The position numbers and the translations under genes were made by a program. A DNA stretch of 64,000 bases, taken from the NCBI GenBank assembly GCA_046262595.1, contig JBHEMM010000002.1, positions 28,404-92,403 of the forward strand. Reading direction: 5' to 3'. The DNA comes from Vulcanimicrobiaceae bacterium (GTDB lineage Bacteria > Vulcanimicrobiota > Vulcanimicrobiia > Vulcanimicrobiales > Vulcanimicrobiaceae). Numbering within the stretch: position 1 is the first letter of the stretch; the number at the start of each line of letters is the position of its first letter. Under the pieces are notes generated by a model. The model was not told where the DNA came from, made no database searches, and saw nothing but the letters and a program-made list of their open reading frames with translations. Of this stretch, positions 38,889 through 48,478 are shown in pieces.

Positions 38889-40228
38889 ACGAGAACCCCG
38901 TCGCTCTTAAGCATCTCACGCAGCTGCTGCGTGTCGATATCGCGCAAAGCCGCGCCCGACTCTTTCGCGAGTGCCACGGCAGTTCCGGCTGCTTGACCCA
39001 GCGTCATAACGGTCGGTGTGAGCCGCGTGGAGGCGAGCGCTTCGTGCGTCGTCGAGATGCAGCGTCCGGCAACCAGCAGCGCACCGGCTCCTTTGGGAAC
39101 CATGCAGCGGTAAGGAATTTCGTAGCTGGCTCCTTCGGGTAAGCGGTGCGTCGTCGTGCCGGTACCCGAAGGGTTGTGCATGTCGATCGGGTAGGCACTG
39201 CGCGCGACGGCGTCGGCGAAACGGCGCCCTTGCAGCACGTCGTCGCGAGTGAGCGTATATTCGCCCACGATGCGGCGCGACTCGCGCACGCCGATCTGCG
39301 CCGCCGTCGCGGCGATGCGCGCCTGTTCGAAGCCTGGAACGCGCGAACGGAAAAACTCGAGCAGCTGCATGACCTGCATGCGCGCCTGCACCTCGGCGCG
39401 CGTGAGATCGTCGGGATCGAGCGGGTCGATGTCGGTCACGCGCGTCATGTTCACGCTTACTTCGTCCGCGTACGGCGTGATGAAAAACGAAACCAGCTCG
39501 CGGGGCACGTTCACCACGCGCTCTTGCAGCGCGGCATTCCACAGATCGTAAAGTCCTGCGACGGCGGTGAGCGCGGGCGCGGTACGTTCGTGCGCTTTGA
39601 GCGAGGTGCGCATTTGATCGGGATGCATGCGCACGTACGTTGCAGTCCTGCTTAAATCGACATGACTCAAGCGGAACATCAAACTCGCCGGCTGAACGCG
39701 CCCGCGCGCATCGCCTTGCTGCGTGGCAACGCCCGCGGACGCGGCGACGTACGCGTCGGCGGTCGAATCGATCGTCATTGCCGCGCGGTATTCGCGTTCG
39801 CCGCCCACCGTCGCGAAGGTTGCGCCCTTGACGATGCTGCCCTCACATACTGCGCGCAAAAAGTACGCATGCAGCAACAAGTGCACGCCCGCCTCCTGCA
39901 TCATTTCAAAGAGCAGCGCTTTGTGGATCTCCGGATCGAACGGCGTAATCGTTGCCACATAGTCCGACGAATCGCGAACATGCCCGGGTGAACCGCCTTT
40001 GCGCTGGAGACGCTCGACGATCTCCTGCGCGATGCCGCCGACGATGCGCTCGCTTCCGGAGTGGAAGGTCATCCACGGGCCGACCATTGCAGCGGTTGCC
40101 GTGCCGCCCAGGAACCCGTACCGCTCGACAAGCAGTGTGCGCGCGCCGCGGCGCGATGCAGCAATCGCCGCAGCGCAGCCCGCGTTACCGCCGCCGACAA
40201 CGAGGACGTCGAAATCGCTGCGCGTCAT
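38885..40228 (-). CDS. FAD-dependent oxidoreductase (FAD_oxidored-like family)
   Basis: DVLVVGGGNAG, GVRESRRIVGEY, YEIPYRCMVP, LVAGRCIS, GQAAGTA. Confidence 0.88.
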   Translation of the reverse strand: MTRSDFDVLVVGGGNAGCAAAIAASRRGARTLLVERYGFLGGTATAAMVGPWMTFHSGSERIVGGIAQEIVERLQRKGGSPGHVRDSSDYVATITPFDPEIHKALLFEMMQEAGVHLLLHAYFLRAVCEGSIVKGATFATVGGEREYRAAMTIDSTADAYVAASAGVATQQGDARGRVQPASLMFRLSHVDLSRTATYVRMHPDQMRTSLKAHERTAPALTAVAGLYDLWNAALQERVVNVPRELVSFFITPYADEVSVNMTRVTDIDPLDPDDLTRAEVQARMQVMQLLEFFRSRVPGFEQARIAATAAQIGVRESRRIVGEYTLTRDDVLQGRRFADAVARSAYPIDMHNPSGTGTTTHRLPEGASYEIPYRCMVPKGAGALLVAGRCISTTHEALASTRLTPTVMTLGQAAGTAVALAKESGAALRDIDTQQLREMLKSDGVLV

Positions 40229-40288
40229 GCGCGCGCCTTCGCGCAAATGAAGGCTTCGCCTTCTTCGGCAACAACAGAGCGAGAGACG

Positions 40289-41005
40289 ATGTATACGCAA
40301 TCTGCAAAATATTACGACGCGCTTTACCGTGCGCTCGGAAAAGATTACCAACAGGAAGCGGTCGTCATCGAGCGTATCGCCGCGGAGCGCTGCCGCTCGG
40401 GCGGAAACGATCTGCTCGACGCAGGCTGCGGGACCGGCGCGCACATGCAAGCGTTATCCGCCCGCTTCGCGTGCGACGGGCTCGATGTGAACCGTTCCAT
40501 GCTGGACATCGCGCGCGCCCGCAATCCGGATTCGCAATTTTTCGAAGCAGACATGATTGGCTTCAACTTGGGCAAGAAGTACGACGTCATCACCTGCCTG
40601 TTCGGCTCCATCGGCTATCTGCCGAACATGCAGCGGCTCGAACAAACGCTGCAGACCTTTGCCCGTCATCTCAAACCAGGCGGCGCCGTCATTATCGAGC
40701 CGTGGATACTTCCGGCTCAGTGGCGCGACGGACACGTGAGCGCGCTGTATGTCGACGAGCCCGAGCTCAAAGTTGCGCGCATGAGCGTCTCGCGACGCGA
40801 CGGCAGCGTCTCCATTCTGAACTTCCATTATATGGTGGCATCCACCGACGGCATCCGCACGTTCACCGAAGCGCACCGGCTCACGCTATTCACCGCCGAA
40901 CAATACGGCGAAGCGTTCCGCCGCGCGGGTTTGTTCTTCGAGTTTTCCGAGGACGGCATCACGCCCGGACGCGGCTTGTACGTGGGGTTTTCGCGTCCGC
41001 TGTAA
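40289..41005 (+). CDS. Class I SAM-dependent methyltransferase (TylM1/DesVI-like)
   Basis: YDALY..KDY, LLDAGCGTGAH, DVITCLFGSIGY, HLKPGG..EPW, GRGLYVG. Confidence 0.85.
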   Translation: MYTQSAKYYDALYRALGKDYQQEAVVIERIAAERCRSGGNDLLDAGCGTGAHMQALSARFACDGLDVNRSMLDIARARNPDSQFFEADMIGFNLGKKYDVITCLFGSIGYLPNMQRLEQTLQTFARHLKPGGAVIIEPWILPAQWRDGHVSALYVDEPELKVARMSVSRRDGSVSILNFHYMVASTDGIRTFTEAHRLTLFTAEQYGEAFRRAGLFFEFSEDGITPGRGLYVGFSRPL

Positions 41006-41056
41006 CGTCTTTTGTCGCAGGGACCGAGCGGGCAAGGGTTAATCACAAGCCCTCAT

Positions 41057-42574
41057 ATGCTATTACAACGCGTTAAGCCGCTCGCGACCATCCTCGCCGA
41101 GGGCGCCGACCACGAGCACGGGCTGAAACGATCGCTGGGGCCATGGGCGCTGACGGCCATGGGCATCGGCGCGATCATCGGTACCGGAATCTTCGTTCTA
41201 ACGGGCGTGGCATCCGCAACCCGCGCGGGCCCGTCGATCACGATCTCTTTTGTTGTCGCCGGCATCGTCAGTGCGCTCGCGGCGCTCTGCTACGCCGAAG
41301 TTTCGAGCAAAATTCCGATCTCGGGCAGCGCCTACACATACACATACGCGACGTTGGGCGAATTTTTGGCATGGATCATCGGCTGGGATCTGGTGCTCGA
41401 ATATGCGCTCGGTGCGGCGACGGTGAGCATCGGCTGGTCCGGCTACTTCGTGAACATTCTGCATCAAACGGGCGTGAGCTGGCTGAACATCTCGCCGATG
41501 TGGGCGAACGGGCCGCATTGGGGCCTCGCGGGCCAAGCCGGCGTCTCCGGTCATGCGAATCTTCCCGCCGCGGGCATTATTTTGATCATCACGGCGCTGC
41601 TCGCGCGCGGCACGCGCGAATCCGGCTCGGTGAACGCGGTGATCGTCGCAATCAAACTGCTTATCGTCGCGTTTTTCATCATCGTCGGTTTGGGCCACAT
41701 CAACGGCGCGAACTATCACCTGCCGGCCGGCGGATCCGCGGGCATGGGCGGTTATTTCCCGTTCGGCGTCAGCGGCATGCTCGGCGGCGCGGCGTTCATC
41801 TTCTTCGCGTACATCGGGTTTGACGCCGTCTCCACCACCGCCGAAGAAGCAAAAAACCCCGGCAAGGATTTGCCTTTCGGCATCATCATGAGCTTGCTCG
41901 TCTGCACGGTGCTGTACATCATCGTGGTTGCGATTTTGAACGGCATGGTGCCGTTCTATAAATTGAACGTCGCATTCCCCGTCGCGTTCGCGATGAACTA
42001 CGTGGGCTTAGCGTGGGCCGGTGTGGTTATTTCGCTCGGGGCAATTGCCGGCTTGACCACGGTGCTGCTCGTCATGATGTTCGGACAGAGCCGGGTCTGG
42101 TTCGCAATGGCGCGCGATCGTCTGATTCCGCCGTCGTTCAACCGCGTGCACGCGACGTGGCGCACGCCGGTCTATTCGACGGTATTCTTCGGCGTGCTGA
42201 TTGCCATCGTGGCGGCGCTCACGCCGATTAACATCGTCGGCTCGCTCGTGAACATGGGCACGTTGTTCGCGTTCATCCTGGTGTCCATCGCCGTGCCCGT
42301 GCTTCGGGCGAAGCATCCCGGACTCAAGGGACAATTTACGGTACCTTTCGGGCCGTATGTAATCCCCATACTCTCGGCGATCACGGCTGTCGGATTGATC
42401 TACTACTTACGCAACGGCAATCCGCTCCTGTGGAATTTCTTTCCGCTGGTGTGGTTTGCGTTCATCGTCTGGCTGGTGATCGGGCTGATCTTCTACTTCA
42501 GTTACGGGCGGAATAAGAGCACCGTCGCATTGGAAGAATCCGGACTCCTTACCTCAACGCCGCCCGTGAACTAA
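41057..42574 (+). CDS. APC family amino acid permease
   Basis: GIGAIIGTGIF, CYAE, GSAYTY, FFAYIGFD. Confidence 0.92.
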   Translation: MLLQRVKPLATILAEGADHEHGLKRSLGPWALTAMGIGAIIGTGIFVLTGVASATRAGPSITISFVVAGIVSALAALCYAEVSSKIPISGSAYTYTYATLGEFLAWIIGWDLVLEYALGAATVSIGWSGYFVNILHQTGVSWLNISPMWANGPHWGLAGQAGVSGHANLPAAGIILIITALLARGTRESGSVNAVIVAIKLLIVAFFIIVGLGHINGANYHLPAGGSAGMGGYFPFGVSGMLGGAAFIFFAYIGFDAVSTTAEEAKNPGKDLPFGIIMSLLVCTVLYIIVVAILNGMVPFYKLNVAFPVAFAMNYVGLAWAGVVISLGAIAGLTTVLLVMMFGQSRVWFAMARDRLIPPSFNRVHATWRTPVYSTVFFGVLIAIVAALTPINIVGSLVNMGTLFAFILVSIAVPVLRAKHPGLKGQFTVPFGPYVIPILSAITAVGLIYYLRNGNPLLWNFFPLVWFAFIVWLVIGLIFYFSYGRNKSTVALEESGLLTSTPPVN

Positions 42575-42589
42575 CGGCGGCTTAGCGCC

Positions 42590-42625
42590 AAAGGCGGCTG
42601 CGTTTACGCAGCCGCCTTTTTGTTT
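42590..42625 (+). terminator. Intrinsic terminator, probably bidirectional
   Basis: Perfect 14-bp inverted repeat AAAGGCGGCTGCGT / ACGCAGCCGCCTTT followed by TTGTTT, between convergent genes. Confidence 0.8.
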
Positions 42626-42966
42626 ATCGCGTCGGCAAGCGCGCGCGCATCTTCGCCCGCGTCCGGCTGAACGATGATCTTGCGGTAGGTTTCGTGCGTC
42701 GTGTCGATCACCAAACAGCCGCGCCCGCTGCCGTAGTCCAAAAAAGCGAGGCCGCCGTCGACCCAAAACGTGCCGGCCATCTTTAAGCCGGGCGCATTCG
42801 TCCCGATGATCTTGCCCCACAGATGTCCGAGCGCCGATTCATCTTCGGCACGCGCGCCCGTGATATGCGCAAACGGCACGCGGAGCGAGCCGTGAAACGT
42901 GAGCACTGTCTCGAGCAGCGAAAGCTGAATCGAAACGGCTTCGTCGTCCATACTAACTTTTGCCAT
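42604..42966 (-). CDS. Hypothetical protein (PH-like fold suspected)
   Basis: Clean 120-aa ORF with KIIGTNAPG..AGTF pattern. Confidence 0.65.
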   Translation of the reverse strand: MAKVSMDDEAVSIQLSLLETVLTFHGSLRVPFAHITGARAEDESALGHLWGKIIGTNAPGLKMAGTFWVDGGLAFLDYGSGRGCLVIDTTHETYRKIIVQPDAGEDARALADAINKKAAA

Positions 42967-42996
42967 ATGATGCGCTACCCAAACGCTCGGGAAAGG

Positions 42997-45108
42997 TTAC
43001 GCCGGGCGGCGAGACGTGATGACGACCACGGCATCGGATGGCGCGCGTCCGGTGAGCTCCTCTTGCGCGAGTGCCAGCGCCTGATCGATGGAGCCGAGGC
43101 CGCTGAAATCGGCAATGCGCGCACCGTGCAAGACATAGAGCTCGGGAAGCGCGCGCCCGACGTCGCCGAAGGACGTCTCCGCCTCGACGGCACCGCGCAG
43201 AACCTGCAAAGCGCTGCCGGCGTCCGCGCCGCGCACGACGGCATCGCGCAGTGCAAGCCGCCCTACCCCCGATGGATCGAGCACGCGCAGATCGCTCCGT
43301 TTGCCGCGCGCGGCTTCGAAAACCGTAAGGCGTCCGGCGGCGCCGGCGACGCGTACGTCCGCTTGCGGTACGCGCATCAGGCGCGCGGCAATCGCAGCGA
43401 GTTCTTGCACGGACCGATCCGGCTGCGCGGATGACTCCGCGATCTCCGCCGCGCCCGACGCGGTTGCGCGAACGATATTGCGCTGGGTGTCGATTTCCAC
43501 GGCAACCTGTACGCGTTCGGGCGCGGCGCCGGCGGCGATGACCGCGTCCTGCGCTTCCCGGCGGATGCGCAAAATGTCTTGTGGCGCGGGATTCACGATT
43601 GTTCGTTCGACGACTTCGCGCACGAGTGCGAGCGCGACGCCGACGGGGGAAATCACTTCGGCGTCTCGCGCCAGGCGGAACTCGAGCCGGGCCGCTTTGG
43701 CCGCGTAGGGAACCAGCGCCGCAGCGCCGCCTCCACCGCCGACGACGACCAGCGTCTCTCGATCAAGCGCGTAATCGGCGATGAGCTCTTCGACTGCGGC
43801 GTTGACCTTTGCGGCCGCAATGTCGAGCAGCGAGCGCGCGACGCCGTCCGTGTCGGCATCGAGCGAATTCGCGAGCGTCTCGAATGCGCGGCGCGCCGAC
43901 ACGGCATTCCCTGCAGCAAACGCGCCGGCGGGAACGAAGCCGAGCATGTTCGCGGCACACGTCGGCGTGACCGCTACGCGTATGCCGTTCGCGCAGCGCA
44001 GCACGGCATAATCGGCGGGGTCGTGCGCCGAAGGCTGAATCTTCTCCACACGCGCGCCATCGAGCAGCGCCGGCTCCACGAAGCTCGCATACTTGCATCC
44101 GGCGATATGCGCGGAGCGTGGACCAACGTCCACGATTCCGCGCGCGGTGACGCGCGGCATGCTGCCGCCGGCGATCGCAAGCGTGCGCACGTCGAGCGTG
44201 CGCAGCATCGTGCGGTGACCGCCCACGCGCGCGGGACGCATCTGCGGCATTCCCGCGCGAATGGCGCTGCAATCCGAACTGGTCCCGCCGACTTCGATGA
44301 AGATGCCGTCCGTAACGTTCTCGTGCAGCAGCGCGCCCGCCACGCCGGCCGCGGGACCGGAAAGCAGCGTGAGAATCGGGCGGCGCTGCATCTCGCGCAC
44401 GTCCATCACCCCGCCGTCGCTGCGCATGATCATCAGCGGCACGGCGATCGCGGCTTGCTGCACGGCGTCTTGCGTCATCTGCGCGGTTTTGATCATCTTG
44501 GGCAGGATCGCCGCATTGAGCGCAGCCGTTCGCGTGCGCGCGCGCAAGCCGTACATTGAGCTCACGTCGTGCCCGCAGGTCGCTTCCAAGCCAACTGTTC
44601 GCGCGGCCTGCACGGCAACGTCCTCATCGCCGGGCCGGTCAACGCCGAACGCCTGCGAAACCGCAACCACTTGCGCGCCGTGCGCTTTCAACTGCCCGAG
44701 CGCCGCGTCGAGCGCGCCGGCGCCGCGCCCCTTCGCAAACGCGAAGTGCGATTGGAACGGCACGCCCGGCGCCAGTTCGAACGGGGGGAAACGCATTTGC
44801 AAGCGCGCGAGCGGCGCCAGCGTGCTTGCCAAACCCAAAACCCCGACGCAAGCAACGTCGCCTTCCAGCAGCGCGTTCGTCGCTTGCGTCGTGGAATGTG
44901 CGATAAACGCAACGTCTGCCGGCGCGATGCCGTGCTGCTCGAACAGCGCGCAAATGCCGGCGACGATGCCGGCGGCAACGCCTTCGGGCGCGTCATGCGT
45001 CGTCGGCACCTTCACCTGGGCGATCAACGTGCGTTCTTTTGCATCGATGACGACGACGTCCGTGAACGTTCCGCCGACGTCGATGCCGAGGCGCAGTTTG
45101 CCGCTCAC
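42997..45108 (-). CDS. Hydantoinase/oxoprolinase family ATP-dependent protein (A subunit type)
   Basis: GIDVGGTFTD, HSTTQATNALLEG, MRSDGG, LSGPAAG, EVGGTSSD, AGGS, GGGG. Confidence 0.88.
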   Translation of the reverse strand: MSGKLRLGIDVGGTFTDVVVIDAKERTLIAQVKVPTTHDAPEGVAAGIVAGICALFEQHGIAPADVAFIAHSTTQATNALLEGDVACVGVLGLASTLAPLARLQMRFPPFELAPGVPFQSHFAFAKGRGAGALDAALGQLKAHGAQVVAVSQAFGVDRPGDEDVAVQAARTVGLEATCGHDVSSMYGLRARTRTAALNAAILPKMIKTAQMTQDAVQQAAIAVPLMIMRSDGGVMDVREMQRRPILTLLSGPAAGVAGALLHENVTDGIFIEVGGTSSDCSAIRAGMPQMRPARVGGHRTMLRTLDVRTLAIAGGSMPRVTARGIVDVGPRSAHIAGCKYASFVEPALLDGARVEKIQPSAHDPADYAVLRCANGIRVAVTPTCAANMLGFVPAGAFAAGNAVSARRAFETLANSLDADTDGVARSLLDIAAAKVNAAVEELIADYALDRETLVVVGGGGGAAALVPYAAKAARLEFRLARDAEVISPVGVALALVREVVERTIVNPAPQDILRIRREAQDAVIAAGAAPERVQVAVEIDTQRNIVRATASGAAEIAESSAQPDRSVQELAAIAARLMRVPQADVRVAGAAGRLTVFEAARGKRSDLRVLDPSGVGRLALRDAVVRGADAGSALQVLRGAVEAETSFGDVGRALPELYVLHGARIADFSGLGSIDQALALAQEELTGRAPSDAVVVITSRRPA

Positions 45109-46487
45109 CGCGGCAGCGTTGCGAGCTCGTCGTACAAAGCGCAGATCGTTTTTATACCTCCGAAAAATTGTGAGAGCGTGAACTTCTCGTTCGGAGCGTG
45201 GATGCGGTCGTCGGGAAGGCCGACGCCGATCAGCACCTGCGGCATCCCTAAGATGCGATCGAAGCTCGCGACCGGACCGATCGTTCCGCCGGTGCCGATG
45301 AACACCGGCTTTTTGCCGAAGCCCGATTCCATGGCGCGCGCCGCCGCTGCGACGGCAGGATGATCGCGCGAGGTGGAAACGGCGCGTACGTCGCCGCCTG
45401 ATTCCACCTCCACGCGCACCGTCGGGGGCGCGATCCGTTTCATATACGTGCTCACGGCGGCTTTAATGCCCACGGGATCTTGATCGCCGACCAGACGTGC
45501 GGAGATCTTGGCCTTGGCGAAGCTGGGCACGATGGTCTTACTGCCCGGCCCTTGATAACCGCCCCAGATCCCGTTGCACTCCAGGGTCGGGCGCAGCCAT
45601 TGCCGCTCGAGGGGCATGTAGTCTTGCTCGCCGCCGAGCTTCGCCACGCCCATCGCGCGCGCTTCCTTCGCTTCATCGAGCGGCAGCGAGCGCAACTGCT
45701 CGCGCATCGTTTCATCTGGTTCGATCACGCCCTCGTAGAACCCGGGCACGGTAATGCGCCCGCGCTCGTCTTTGAGCTGCGCGATCAAGCGCGCGAGCAC
45801 TTCGATCGGATTGTCGACAATGCCGCCGAAATACCCCGAGTGCAGATCTTCGGCCGGCCCGGTAACAGTAACGTCCCAATGCACCAAACCGCGGATCGAC
45901 GTCGTAAGCGACGGAACGTCTTCGGCATACACGGACGTGTCGGAAATGACGGCAAGATCGGCGGCAAGTTCGCTTTCGTAGCGCGCAAGCGCGGTCTCGA
46001 AGTTCGGTGAACCGATCTCTTCTTCGCCTTCAATGACGACCTTGATATTGATCGGCAGAAACCGGCGCGTAGACAAATGCGCCTCGATGGCGGCAAGGTG
46101 CATAAGCACTTGGCCCTTGTCGTCTACCGAACCGCGCCCAAATATTTTTCCGTCGCGCACGCGCCCTTCAAACGGCGGGCTTTCCCAAAGATCGATCGGA
46201 TCGACGGGCTGCACGTCGTAGTGCCCGTAAATGAGAGCCGTCGGTTTTCCGGGCGCTTGCAGCCATTCGCCGTAGGCGAGCGGATTGCCGTCCGTCTCCA
46301 AAACGCGCGCACGCAAACCAATCGCGTTCATCCGTTGCACCAGACGCTCACAGCAGCGGCGCACGTCGCTGCGGTAAGCCGGATCGGCGGAGATGGAGGG
46401 GATGGCAATCCACGATTTGAGTTCGTCGAGATGCTGCGTTTCGTGGTCGTCGCAATAGACGCGCAGCGCCGGGTCGATCGGCGTCAT
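45105..46487 (-). CDS. M20 family dipeptidase/deacylase
   Basis: YGHYDVQP, GRGSVDDKG, EGEEEIGS, DLHSG, IHAPNEK. ATGA start at 46487. Confidence 0.9.
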   Translation of the reverse strand: MTPIDPALRVYCDDHETQHLDELKSWIAIPSISADPAYRSDVRRCCERLVQRMNAIGLRARVLETDGNPLAYGEWLQAPGKPTALIYGHYDVQPVDPIDLWESPPFEGRVRDGKIFGRGSVDDKGQVLMHLAAIEAHLSTRRFLPINIKVVIEGEEEIGSPNFETALARYESELAADLAVISDTSVYAEDVPSLTTSIRGLVHWDVTVTGPAEDLHSGYFGGIVDNPIEVLARLIAQLKDERGRITVPGFYEGVIEPDETMREQLRSLPLDEAKEARAMGVAKLGGEQDYMPLERQWLRPTLECNGIWGGYQGPGSKTIVPSFAKAKISARLVGDQDPVGIKAAVSTYMKRIAPPTVRVEVESGGDVRAVSTSRDHPAVAAAARAMESGFGKKPVFIGTGGTIGPVASFDRILGMPQVLIGVGLPDDRIHAPNEKFTLSQFFGGIKTICALYDELATLPR

Positions 46488-48478
46488 GATGGAAATGGTT
46501 CTCCAAGAGCGATGGTGAGGATGTGTCCGCCGCGATCCACCTCGAACGTGTGCGGCTTGCCGTCGTACGCGCGGGCTTGGGTCTGATAGGTTCCGTATTC
46601 CCACCAAAAATGCGCGTCAAGTTTATTGACGATGTCGTTGCTGCGCATTCCCGACGCATACGCCGGTCCGCCGGCGCGCACGAACGCCCGCATGTTGCCG
46701 TCGATCGTTTTGAAAAGCGAATAATAATACGTGGGCGGGTCGTCCGCCGCATACGCCAGACCCCGCCCCAGCAAATGATTCCAGCGCTCGGGATTGTCGC
46801 GCCCCCATTCCAATACGCGCACCGCGCCTTGCTCGCCCAGCGTGCGCGCGTCCGCATCGCCCGGCTGCGCGAGAACGGCGTGATCGTGCCATTCGCCCAC
46901 GCTCCACCCTCCGCAATCGGCAAGCTGCAGACCGATGTCCAAATCCGTGCCTTCGATCAGCGTGAAGCGCGTTGAAGTGACCGTCAGATACGCCGCATAC
47001 GGTTTGCCGCTGCAGTCGCTCGCGTTCGGATCGGTCTGCAGCGCGAACGGATGCAAACCCGGACGCGCCAGCGCCGCAATCACGGCACCCTGCGCCGCCC
47101 GTGCGTCGCCGCTTGCGTCTGTGCCAACGGCAACGCGTAACGCGGAGCGGGCGGGAGCGAACAACCCGGGAAGCGGTTCGGCGGCACGCGCGGCGGAAAA
47201 AACCGGCGCAAACGGCTGATGCCCGAAAAGCATGCTGCCCGCCGCGACCGTGACGATGCACGCGAGCGTTGCGACCGCAACTTGGTACGGCAACGTGCGC
47301 TTGGTGATTTCTTCGATATGCACGCCAGTGAAGTTCGCAACCCAAACGTTTGCCGTGTTCGTCGGATCGCAAACGTTCTGCACTTGCACGACGGCCATCA
47401 CCGCAGCGACCAGTGCCAATGGCGGCAGCACGTGGGCCGAGAGCAGCACGGTGAAAATCGCGATACCGACGCCGAACGGATTGAGCGGGCCGCGATAGAG
47501 CACCAGCGGGCTGAGCAATCCGAACACAAAAACGAACGCGATGGGATTGCGCAGCACCGGCGTTGCGACCAGCGGCTGCAGCGCGGCCGCAAATTGCGGC
47601 TGCTTCGTCGCCGTGGAGAGCATCCCGATGCCGATGAAGAGCAGCACCGCGGGCGCAACGTCTTCCACGCCGCGGATTGCAGCCGCGACGAGCGTCTGCA
47701 CGGCGCGCGAGGGCCGCGTCGCGACCGCGCCGTACACCGCCGAAATGGCGAAGGCCAAAATCGCATCTAGTTTAAAGAAATAGAAAAGCGCTATCGGCAG
47801 CACCGGCGCGAAAAGCGCGAACCACGGCACGCCGGCATCGGTACGTTCCGCTTTGAGCGCGCATGTCGCGTACGCGCGCATCGAGCGGAACGAAACGGCG
47901 CCGTACACCGCGAGTGCGAGCGCGTCGATCGCGCCCAGAATCAACGCGTAGGTTCCCATCTGCTGCTGGGTGACGCCGAAGAGCTGCGTGTAAAGCTTCC
48001 AGATCGCCGGATTATAGATGAAGCCCAGCGCGAACGCCATCAAAAACAGCGTGGCCGCAATTTTGCGCGGAACGCCTGCCGTCATCATGATGGGCAGCAC
48101 GATCGAGCCGACCATGATGATTGCACCCAGACCGTAGAGCGACACGAACAAAACCGCGACGGTGATGCAGAGCAAAAAGGCAACCGCGGGAGGCCGCTCG
48201 CCGCCGAACTCCGCGGCGAAGTTCACGATGCTGCGCGCGATCCCGGTGTCCATGGTCACGCGCCCAAGCAGCGCGCCGAACATGACGGTGACGAAGACCG
48301 GCGCGAGCGACCAGGATCCGGCGACGACGATGCTTCCGACGCCGGCAAGCGGAACGCCCGCCGCGAACGCCATGACGATGGCCATCAGCGGCACCGCCAG
48401 AAGCGCCGGCGTGATGCGGAAATACATGAGCGCGGCAAATGCGATAAAGACCGCAAGCACCAGCGCCGCAGCGATCAC
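46484..48478 (-). CDS. Ion-transporter (citrate/gluconate-like) permease fused to C-terminal soluble and PDZ-like domain
   Basis: About 420 aa hydrophobic region (FGALLGRV.MDTGIA, RGPLNPFG, CDPTNT), then a soluble region ending VRAGGPAYASGMRSNDIVNKLD..FEVDRGG. GTGA start. Confidence 0.7.
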   Translation of the reverse strand: MIAAALVLAVFIAFAALMYFRITPALLAVPLMAIVMAFAAGVPLAGVGSIVVAGSWSLAPVFVTVMFGALLGRVTMDTGIARSIVNFAAEFGGERPPAVAFLLCITVAVLFVSLYGLGAIIMVGSIVLPIMMTAGVPRKIAATLFLMAFALGFIYNPAIWKLYTQLFGVTQQQMGTYALILGAIDALALAVYGAVSFRSMRAYATCALKAERTDAGVPWFALFAPVLPIALFYFFKLDAILAFAISAVYGAVATRPSRAVQTLVAAAIRGVEDVAPAVLLFIGIGMLSTATKQPQFAAALQPLVATPVLRNPIAFVFVFGLLSPLVLYRGPLNPFGVGIAIFTVLLSAHVLPPLALVAAVMAVVQVQNVCDPTNTANVWVANFTGVHIEEITKRTLPYQVAVATLACIVTVAAGSMLFGHQPFAPVFSAARAAEPLPGLFAPARSALRVAVGTDASGDARAAQGAVIAALARPGLHPFALQTDPNASDCSGKPYAAYLTVTSTRFTLIEGTDLDIGLQLADCGGWSVGEWHDHAVLAQPGDADARTLGEQGAVRVLEWGRDNPERWNHLLGRGLAYAADDPPTYYYSLFKTIDGNMRAFVRAGGPAYASGMRSNDIVNKLDAHFWWEYGTYQTQARAYDGKPHTFEVDRGGHILTIALGEPFPS

